Below the pieces are notes generated by a model, which worked only from the letters and a program-made list of their open reading frames with translations, ran no database searches and was not told the origin of the DNA. From a virus: a stretch of DNA of 13,971 nt. The stretch is from UHGV virus genome UHGV-1842250; one strand, given 5' to 3'. Numbering within the stretch: the stretch's first letter is position 1; the number at the start of each line of letters is the position of its first letter. Both the position numbers and the translations under genes were made by a program. Below are positions 6,935-12,711 of the stretch, piece after piece.

Positions 6935-7147
6935 TTGAAGATAGTAACCAGAATGGAGGCCGCAAAAGCCGGGTTAAATCGCTATTTCACAGGAAAGCGG
7001 TGCCGTCACGGCCATCTCTCTGAAAGGTATGTTCTGAACGGAACATGTGTTGAATGTGCAATGAATAGCGCCAACCGCCATCGTAATGAATTTGCTTGTG
7101 CACTAAAGAGTGCAAGAGGGGAAACCTATGGCAAGCAGCTGGATTAA
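6935..7147 (+). CDS. Small Zn-ribbon protein (C-x3-H...C-x2-C), function unknown
   Basis: 70 aa from a TTG start at 6935, preceded by AAGGGG; the internal ATG at 6953 has no SD. Motif RCRHGHLSERYVLNGTCVEC. Its end overlaps the start of the O-like gene by 20 nt. Confidence 0.55.
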   Translation: MKIVTRMEAAKAGLNRYFTGKRCRHGHLSERYVLNGTCVECAMNSANRHRNEFACALKSARGETYGKQLD

Positions 7148-7958
7148 GGTTGAAGTTATCACTCCTGATAAACCTGAAATTTTTCAGATAGCAGAAATTC
7201 TGGGTATTGATCCAGATGCTGTTCTTGGAAAGCTGGTTCGTATATGGGCATGGGCTGACCAGCAAACAATAGACGGTAACGCTGGCAGCGTTACAAAAGG
7301 AGTACTTGATAGACTCGCTTTTATTACAGGATTTGCTGACGCCCTCATTAGCGTCGGATGGCTTGCTTATCATGACGGCAAACTAATTCTTCCAAACTTT
7401 GAGCGACATAATGGAGAATCATCGAAAAAACGTGCACTTACGAATAGAAGAGTGGCAGAGCATCGAAAACGAGTAACGCAAAAAGTAACGCCAACAGCGT
7501 TACAAAAGGAGTTACCAGAGGAAGAGGAAGAGGAAGATATATATAAAACCCCACACATAGCGCACGTGCGCGAGGGTGCTCCGACCAGTGAAGCGAACGG
7601 TATGCCGTTGCAGGTGGCTGAACCTGAATTTCTGGATGGCCTGAGTGAACCCATCGGGAAATTTCCGATGACCGATGGCTGGCATCCGTCGCCGGATTTT
7701 CGACGGCGTGCTGCGCTGTGGGGAACGGCCCTGCCGGAACCGGAATTTACACCTGCTGAACTTGCTGCATTCCGGGATTACTGGATGGCTGAGGGCAAAG
7801 TGTTCACGCAGGTTCAGTGGGAACAAAAATTCGCCAGGCACGTAAATCATATCAGGGGAAAATCAAAAAACGCCGGGAAAAGCGATGAGCTTGACTGGAA
7901 TAACACTGACTGGATAGAAGGGGTGTGGGATGAAATCAACTCCAGAACTTCTCAATGA
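7128..7958 (+). CDS. Replication initiator (lambda O analogue) with DnaT-like C-terminal domain
   Basis: ATG at 7128 preceded by SD GAGGGG. C-terminal motif PSPDFRRRAALWG...PEPEFTPAELAAFRDYWMAEGKVFTQVQWEQKFARHV resembles the DnaT/primosomal C-terminal domain. Iteron-like repeats and an AT-rich patch lie inside the gene, and the lambda-P-like gene follows directly. Confidence 0.8.
   Translation: MASSWIKVEVITPDKPEIFQIAEILGIDPDAVLGKLVRIWAWADQQTIDGNAGSVTKGVLDRLAFITGFADALISVGWLAYHDGKLILPNFERHNGESSKKRALTNRRVAEHRKRVTQKVTPTALQKELPEEEEEEDIYKTPHIAHVREGAPTSEANGMPLQVAEPEFLDGLSEPIGKFPMTDGWHPSPDFRRRAALWGTALPEPEFTPAELAAFRDYWMAEGKVFTQVQWEQKFARHVNHIRGKSKNAGKSDELDWNNTDWIEGVWDEINSRTSQ
7276..7548. repeat. Candidate replication origin inside the O-like gene: iterons, 18-bp exact direct repeat, (GAGGAA)x3 and AT-rich patch
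   Basis: GTAACGC at 7276, 7473 and 7485; its inverse GCGTTAC at 7288 and 7497 (12-bp periodicity in the second cluster). CAGCGTTACAAAAGGAGT is repeated exactly at 7286-7303 and 7495-7512 and is read in different codon frames (AGSVTKGV vs PTALQKEL). CATCGAAAA(A)ACG at 7420 and 7461, GAGGAA x3 at 7518-7535, GATATATATAAAA at 7536-7548. Confidence 0.6.
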
Positions 7959-8706
7959 GTACGATCGCTTACGTGAGCATGGTGTTGCTGTGCATGAAGA
8001 GCGGCGTGACAGCAATGGCAAAAAGGAGCAGGTTGCTAGAATTTTCAATGAACTATTTGTCCAGTTACAGGCTGCATTTCCTGCAAGCGTTTCGACCATA
8101 AGGGAGCAGAACAAACTTAATGAATTCCGTAAGCAATGGATGCTTGCGTTTCTGGAGAATGGGATCACAACAATGGAACAGGTTAACGCTGGTATGCGCC
8201 ACGCCCGCGCCAGTGAATCTCCGTTCTGGCCGTCGCCTGGGCAATTCATCAAGTGGTGCAAAGACAGCAAGATGGTTCTTGGCGTCACCATTGACGATGT
8301 GATGGCGGAGTTTCACCGGTACAGCAAGGAAAAAAGTTTATATCCTGGTGGTCCCGAAAGATTCCCGTGGCGACATCCGGTTATGTACTGGGTCGTATGT
8401 GATACCCGCCGTGCAATGTATCAGCGCCAGCTTAGCGAGATTGAGGTTGAGAAACACGCGCGCAGGCTGCTCGATGATTGGGCGAAAAAGGTGGCTTCCG
8501 GACAGCAGATACCCGATCCGGTGATCAGCATACAGGCAAAGCCAGAACCCATGAGTACACCTCCGGACACAGGGAGAGACGTTTACCATCCACCAGGGCG
8601 AAGTTTCGGGTGTATGCCTAACGCCGCCACCCTGGGGGGAATAACACCGGCGCAGTGGCTGATGGAGGAATACAGGCGGGGAAAGGCGGCAGGATTTATC
8701 AAGTAA
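7930..8706 (+). CDS. P: Replication protein P-like DnaB helicase loader
   Basis: Strong resemblance to lambda P over the block VARIFNELFVQLQAAFPAS...FRKQWMLAFLENGITTMEQVNAGMRHAR...PFWPSPGQFIKWC (lambda P has ...ATFPAS...RRQWVLAFRENGITTMEQVNAGMRVAR...PFLPSPGQFVAWC). Start overlaps the end of the O-like gene. Confidence 0.93.
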   Translation: MKSTPELLNEYDRLREHGVAVHEERRDSNGKKEQVARIFNELFVQLQAAFPASVSTIREQNKLNEFRKQWMLAFLENGITTMEQVNAGMRHARASESPFWPSPGQFIKWCKDSKMVLGVTIDDVMAEFHRYSKEKSLYPGGPERFPWRHPVMYWVVCDTRRAMYQRQLSEIEVEKHARRLLDDWAKKVASGQQIPDPVISIQAKPEPMSTPPDTGRDVYHPPGRSFGCMPNAATLGGITPAQWLMEEYRRGKAAGFIK

Positions 8707-8712
8707 TACCAG

Positions 8713-8730
8713 CGCGATAGCGCATTTTTT
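8713..8730 (+). terminator. Weak candidate intrinsic terminator after the P-like gene
   Basis: 4-bp GC stem (GCGC / GCGC) with GATA loop followed by seven T residues. The stem is short, so this is low confidence. Confidence 0.3.
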
Positions 8731-8743
8731 TACGTCTTGATAA

Positions 8744-8758
8744 TTACCTGCTAGGTAA
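8744..8758. promoter_or_regulatory. Operator site, perfect palindrome TTACCTGCTAGGTAA, promoter-distal in the promoter for the accessory block
   Basis: Exact TTACC-N5-GGTAA, centred 62 bp from the site at 8806-8820, the same spacing as the pair at the leftward promoter. Confidence 0.6.
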
Positions 8759-8777
8759 TAAAATGTTCTAAGATCTA

Positions 8778-8806
8778 TTGATTTCGTGTCTTATGTGGTT
8801 TTTAAT
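8778..8806 (+). promoter_or_regulatory. Candidate sigma70 promoter for the accessory block, duplicated PL-type architecture
   Basis: -35 TTGATT (8778-8783), 17-bp spacer, -10 TTTAAT (8801-8806). The flanking sequence CTATTGA and the operator spacing match the leftward promoter at 5697-5725. Confidence 0.55.
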
Positions 8807-8820
8807 TACCTCAGGGGTAA
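8806..8820. promoter_or_regulatory. Operator site, perfect palindrome TTACCTCAGGGGTAA, overlapping the -10, start region and SD of the gene at 8824
   Basis: Exact TTACC-N5-GGTAA. Its GGGG also serves as the ribosome-binding site for the ATG at 8824. Confidence 0.6.
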
Positions 8821-8823
8821 ATC

Positions 8824-9168
8824 ATGAGAAAACAGATACAGGCTCTTGGTCGACTCAAAACAGGCCAGATGAACAAAACAGAATCTGCGTATTGCCAGCA
8901 CCTTGAGCAGCGTAAACGTGCAGGGGAAATCGCCTGGTATCGATTCGAGGGTATCAAGTTGCGGTTAGCTGACAACACGTTCTATACGCCCGATTTTGCT
9001 GTGATGCTCGCCACCGGCGAGATGGAACTGCACGAAGTGAAAGGTTTCTGGACCGACGACGCCAGGGTGAAAACCAAAGTCGCCGCAGATCAGTATCCGT
9101 TCCGAATCATCGGGGTAACGGTTAAGCCAAAGAAAGCAGGTGGTGGCTGGAACATCGAAGAGTTCTGA
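8824..9168 (+). CDS. DUF1064-like phage protein with PD-(D/E)xK-like nuclease motifs
   Basis: 114 aa with YTPDF ... HEVKG, consistent with a D ... ExK nuclease core. Family name is from memory. Confidence 0.7.
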   Translation: MRKQIQALGRLKTGQMNKTESAYCQHLEQRKRAGEIAWYRFEGIKLRLADNTFYTPDFAVMLATGEMELHEVKGFWTDDARVKTKVAADQYPFRIIGVTVKPKKAGGGWNIEEF

Positions 9169-9229
9169 ATCGACGATCTTTTTAGTTATCAATGTAATCA
9201 ATAAGTTATGTGGATAAGCGAGGGTAAAG

Positions 9230-9724
9230 ATGGAAAGTAATATCAAAGGGTTAGTTGCCGCCGGGCATGAGATGGCTTCGGAACTGAAAGCAGAATGTGG
9301 TGCCGTTGATATGCGCAGTGTGGCAAAGCTGATCAGCGATTTGGCAGCGCAACTGGAAGTGCAACTGGTGCGTGCTAATGCGCTGGCCGAAGACCACCAG
9401 AGAGCGATTGAGTCAATTAAGCAGGCTGATTCGGCTGTTAAGTTGGCACACGAGAAGTTTTCGGCGCTGGCGGCGGAGAATGCGGGGCTGAACAAGTTCA
9501 TCAAAGATGATTGCTGGATTTGGGATGACAAAAGTGAAGAGTATTTCGACGCTGCTGACTGTATGCCAGAAACCCCAGCCACCGACGCCTCCCTTGCTGA
9601 AGTGCGGGCGCAGGGTGTGGAAGCATTCGCCAATAGCCTGAAGGTTGCCGGTGGTCATGAACATCCATATTCAGCGGTAGCCAACGAGTTCGCCGACCAG
9701 CTTCGCAAAGGAGGCAACCAGTGA
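9230..9724 (+). CDS. Hypothetical coiled-coil protein, possibly ead/Ea22-like
   Basis: 164 aa, SD GAGGG before the ATG, predicted helical N-terminus. The family assignment is tentative recall, not verified. Confidence 0.55.
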   Translation: MESNIKGLVAAGHEMASELKAECGAVDMRSVAKLISDLAAQLEVQLVRANALAEDHQRAIESIKQADSAVKLAHEKFSALAAENAGLNKFIKDDCWIWDDKSEEYFDAADCMPETPATDASLAEVRAQGVEAFANSLKVAGGHEHPYSAVANEFADQLRKGGNQ

Positions 9725-10353
9725 GCGAAATTAATTACCAGGCACTGCGTGAGGCGGCGGAACGTGCAATTCCAGCAATGGAACGCCTGTTAATGTTGCC
9801 AGTTGATGATGATCTGATAAGCGAACAGGAACTTAAAGATTACGGCGTGGATATTGATGCGCTCAACGCCTTCAAATTTCTGACCGGACCAGAAACCGTG
9901 CTGGCGCCGCTGGATGAACGGGAAAGAAACCAGCAATACATCAAATCCCGCGACCAGGAGAACGAGGAAATTGCGCTAACGGTTGGGAAGCTGCGTGTTG
10001 AGCTGGAAGCAGCAGAATCAAAACTCAACGAGCAGCGTGAGTATTACGAAGGTGTTATCTCGGATGGAAGTAAGCGCATAGCAGAACTGGAAGCGCGGGA
10101 AATAAAACCAGCCAAAGGTGAAGTTCTGGTCGTTGTATCTGGTTTTACTGGTTGCGGAAAAAGCGCCATTGCCGGGGAAATAGAAATCGCGATGAAGGCT
10201 ATTGGTGTACCGGTTAAGTGGACTAATGGCGATGCAGAAAAGCGCATGACTGGCGCTGACTGGCTGACTGCGATTGAGATGTACAAACCAACTGTGCGCA
10301 TCGTGGAAGTTAATGTGCCACGCGCCGCTGGCATTCGCATCAAAGGAGAGTGA
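9721..10353 (+). CDS. Hypothetical coiled-coil protein, possibly ead/Ea22-like
   Basis: 210 aa from a GTG start that overlaps the previous stop (GTGA), with AGGAGG upstream. N-terminus MSEINYQALREAAERA, a glutamate-rich coiled-coil centre, and a GCGKS-containing C-terminus. Confidence 0.55.
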   Translation: MSEINYQALREAAERAIPAMERLLMLPVDDDLISEQELKDYGVDIDALNAFKFLTGPETVLAPLDERERNQQYIKSRDQENEEIALTVGKLRVELEAAESKLNEQREYYEGVISDGSKRIAELEAREIKPAKGEVLVVVSGFTGCGKSAIAGEIEIAMKAIGVPVKWTNGDAEKRMTGADWLTAIEMYKPTVRIVEVNVPRAAGIRIKGE

Positions 10354-10354
10354 G

Positions 10355-10546
10355 ATGAACGGACAAATCTCAATTGTTCGACCGGGAGCATGTGACGATC
10401 GCGAGATACGACTGATTATTCGTCTGGCGATGGGGAAAACAATAACTGCTCTCATTACTCCTGAAAATCTCGCATTAGCATTAACAGGAAAGTCAGACCT
10501 TCCATTAGAGCTAAAGCTGCGAAATGTTGAGATTAAGGTGAAATAG
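10355..10546 (+). CDS. Small hypothetical protein (63 aa)
   Basis: Start refined to the ATG at 10355, with SD AGGAGAG and 1 nt after the previous stop. The track's N-terminal extension overlaps the upstream gene. No family recognised. Confidence 0.5.
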   Translation: MNGQISIVRPGACDDREIRLIIRLAMGKTITALITPENLALALTGKSDLPLELKLRNVEIKVK

Positions 10547-10548
10547 CT

Positions 10549-11391
10549 ATGACCACTATTACCAAAGAACGTATCGAATTATTCATTAAAAATCCGCTTG
10601 ATAACGGGCTTACTCGTGGCGAACAAATGGAACTGGCACGAATTGCACTGGCATCACTGGAACGCGAACTGATTCGCCACGAGCATGCCAAATGGTCTGA
10701 CTCCACATTTGGCTGCGTTGGCCCCATTGGTCCACTGAAACACCTCTCAAAAGAGGCTCTGGAAGCCGCAGCCGAACCAGACGATCTCAGCGAGTGGGCT
10801 GATATGCATTTCCTGTTGTGGGATGCACAGCGCCGTGCTGGCATCAGCGATGCTGAAATTACCGCTGCTATGGAAGATAAATTGAAGATCAACATGGAGC
10901 GCCAGTGGCCTGAACCAAAAGATGGTGAGCCTCGCTTGCACATTAAAGAACCCGGCAACTCTCCGGTAATTCCGGATGGTTTATCCACGGTATGCGCTGA
11001 GGCTTATCAGGTTGTAGGAGTTATGGCAGATGCGCTTGGTGTATTCGGTGATGCAGCAGTACAGAAAGTTCTGGATAACCTGTCACAGCAAAAACTTGTT
11101 CACAGAGATGTGCTGCCGTTCTCGCTTCCGGTAACTCCGGATGGTTGGGTTATGGTGCCGAAGAAACTAACCGCTGAGAACGGCGCTAAGGGTGTGCTAT
11201 CCGGTGAATTTTCAGAAACTACGTTTATAAGCTGCCCGGAATGCTTTGGCGATGATGATTGCGATACCTGTGACGGGAGCGGACGAATTGAAATTAAAGT
11301 ACCAGTCACGTGGACGACCATAAAATCCATTTGGGATAAAGGTATTGCGCATTTTGCAGCAAAACCGCCGCAGGAGGTTAACCGTGGCTAA
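10549..11391 (+). CDS. MazG-like nucleotide pyrophosphohydrolase domain protein (DUF550-like) with C-terminal Cys-rich Zn-ribbon
   Basis: 280 aa. The N-terminal helical segment (GEQMELARIALASLERELIRHEHAKW ... EWADMHFLLWD) resembles the MazG/DUF550 all-alpha NTP-pyrophosphatase fold. C-terminal CPECFGDDDCDTCDGSG is a metal-binding knuckle. Starts 2 nt after the previous stop. Confidence 0.55.
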   Translation: MTTITKERIELFIKNPLDNGLTRGEQMELARIALASLERELIRHEHAKWSDSTFGCVGPIGPLKHLSKEALEAAAEPDDLSEWADMHFLLWDAQRRAGISDAEITAAMEDKLKINMERQWPEPKDGEPRLHIKEPGNSPVIPDGLSTVCAEAYQVVGVMADALGVFGDAAVQKVLDNLSQQKLVHRDVLPFSLPVTPDGWVMVPKKLTAENGAKGVLSGEFSETTFISCPECFGDDDCDTCDGSGRIEIKVPVTWTTIKSIWDKGIAHFAAKPPQEVNRG

Positions 11392-11665
11392 CCTGCAACT
11401 TATCCTCAAAGGTGAATACTTCGATGCCATGATTCGCGGAGAGAAAACGGAAGAGTATCGCCTGTGTAATGACTACTGGAATAAGCGAATTATGTTCCGG
11501 GAGTATGACCGCCTGATTATCACAAAGGGATATCCGAAGCGCGACGATTCCAGCCGTAGAATTGATGTTCCGTATGACGGATATGAAATCAAGACAATCA
11601 CACATCCGCACTTCGGAGATAAACCGGTAAAGGTGTTCGCGATAAAGGTAAATATTGATGGCTAA
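11384..11665 (+). CDS. ASCH/DUF3850-like PUA-fold domain protein
   Basis: GTG start at 11384 with a perfect SD (AGGAGG, 6-nt spacing), overlapping the upstream stop. N-terminus LQLILKGEYFDAMIRGEKTEEYR matches the usual ASCH opening. Confidence 0.6.
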   Translation: MANLQLILKGEYFDAMIRGEKTEEYRLCNDYWNKRIMFREYDRLIITKGYPKRDDSSRRIDVPYDGYEIKTITHPHFGDKPVKVFAIKVNIDG

Positions 11666-11996
11666 ATCAGCAGCAGAGCGCAAAGCCGCTCAGAGAGCCA
11701 GACAAGCTGCATCTGGTGTGCGTAAGCTGGAGATTGTGCTTGATGCTCAGGAAATTGAAATGCTGGAGCGTAACTGTGCCACGCGTCGCCCCGGGCGTGC
11801 GCCTTACGAATTTGGTGAGTATATAGCGTTACTGATCCGCCAGGATGATGCACGCGTGCACGGGCGTATAAAATCGATCAGCAGAACACGTTGCGGTAAG
11901 TGCGGCGAGAGAGTTCCAGTTAATTCATGTCCGTGTAATGGTGACTCACAATGCTGGGTGACTAAAGGCTGGCATGAAACGAAATTAATAGTGTGA
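11658..11996 (+). CDS. Basic N-terminal / Zn-ribbon C-terminal small protein, candidate late-gene regulator
   Basis: 112 aa. Basic helical N-terminus (ERKAAQRARQAASGVRKLEIVLDAQEIEMLERN) and C-terminal CGKCGERVPVNSCPCNG. Last gene before the pre-terminase terminator. The regulator assignment is positional inference only. Confidence 0.55.
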   Translation: MAKSAAERKAAQRARQAASGVRKLEIVLDAQEIEMLERNCATRRPGRAPYEFGEYIALLIRQDDARVHGRIKSISRTRCGKCGERVPVNSCPCNGDSQCWVTKGWHETKLIV

Positions 11997-12004
11997 CATG
12001 TCAC
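11993..12004. promoter_or_regulatory. 12-bp perfect palindrome GTGACATGTCAC overlapping the stop codon of the preceding gene
   Basis: Perfect dyad lying about 40 bp upstream of the terminator at 12046-12071. Could be a protein-binding site. Confidence 0.3.
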
Positions 12005-12045
12005 GAGTAGATTATGCATGATGAATTTGACGGGTTTTGAATACT

Positions 12046-12071
12046 GCCGCCAACTATGGCGGCTTTATTTT
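12046..12071 (+). terminator. Strong rho-independent terminator between the early/accessory genes and the terminase genes
   Basis: 7-bp GC-rich stem GCCGCCA (12046-12052) / TGGCGGC (12057-12063), 4-nt loop ACTA, then TTTATTTT. Confidence 0.7.
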
Positions 12072-12082
12072 GCATGGTACTA

Positions 12083-12115
12083 TTACCACAACGGTAACTA
12101 TTACCACGGTGGTTA
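12083..12115. promoter_or_regulatory. Tandem operator-like sites immediately upstream of the terminase small-subunit gene
   Basis: Perfect TTACCACAACGGTAA (12083-12097) followed 18 bp later by TTACCACGGTGGTTA (12101-12115). Half-sites chain as GGTA-cta-TTACC-N5-GGTAA-cta-TTACC-N5-GGTTA, echoing GGTAACTATCC at 6485-6495. No convincing sigma70 -35/-10 pair nearby. Confidence 0.5.
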
Positions 12116-12711
12116 TGATGCCTGCTGAACCTAAAACCTATAAACGCAAATCAACGCAATTTAAGCCACTAACAGCAATGCAGGAGGCTTATTGCCAGTC
12201 ATACATCAAAACGCCTGAAAACCAGACTCAGGCAGCGATTAACGCAGGATTCTCCCCAAATACAGCGGCAGTTAAAGCCAGTGTCATGATGCGCGATGAA
12301 CGCATTCAAAAACGGATTGCCGAGTTGATGGAGGAGCGCAACAAACGAATGCGCGTCAGTGCTGATTACGTTCTCATGCGCCTGGTGGAGATCGACCAGA
12401 TGGACGTGATCGACATCCTCAACGACGATGGGAGCCTTAAACCAATCCGTGAGTGGCCGAAAATCTGGCGCACTACGCTTAGTGGCTTTGATCTGTCATC
12501 GACCATCATGAACATGAACGAGGATTCGATAGAGACAATCCTCAAAAAAATTAAATGGCCTGACAAGGTGAAGAACCTTGAGCTGATTGGTAAGCATGTT
12601 GATGTCAACGCGTTCAAAGAACGTCTGGATGTTAATGTGAATGTGACAATTGCTGATCGCATAGCAGCAGCCAGGAAGCGACTCAAAGAACGTCAGGATG
12701 GTAATCAGTGA
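12115..12711 (+). CDS. terS: Terminase small subunit
   Basis: Resembles phage small terminase subunits (AYCQSYIKTPENQTQAAINAGFSP...AAVKASVMMRDERIQKRIAEL) and sits directly upstream of, and overlapping, the large-subunit gene. Start taken as ATG 12115 (or 12118); the track's TTG at 12037 would run through the terminator and operator sites. Confidence 0.82.
   Translation: MMPAEPKTYKRKSTQFKPLTAMQEAYCQSYIKTPENQTQAAINAGFSPNTAAVKASVMMRDERIQKRIAELMEERNKRMRVSADYVLMRLVEIDQMDVIDILNDDGSLKPIREWPKIWRTTLSGFDLSSTIMNMNEDSIETILKKIKWPDKVKNLELIGKHVDVNAFKERLDVNVNVTIADRIAAARKRLKERQDGNQ

Noticed and set aside
6870-6938. 22-codon ORF in the AT-rich spacer before the Zn-ribbon gene
   Set aside because: No SD, an AT-rich low-complexity translation, and overlap with the better-supported TTG start at 6935.
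8965-9633. 222-aa minus-strand ORF overlapping the DUF1064 and coiled-coil genes
   Set aside because: Its Ala/Ser-rich low-complexity translation looks like antisense of GC-rich coding DNA. The plus-strand genes have strong SDs and coupled stop/start overlaps consistent with the operon.
12037-12114. TTG start at 12037 for the small terminase
   Set aside because: It would translate through the terminator hairpin and operator-like repeats, giving a low-complexity TITTTVTITTVV segment. The ATG at 12115/12118 is more plausible.
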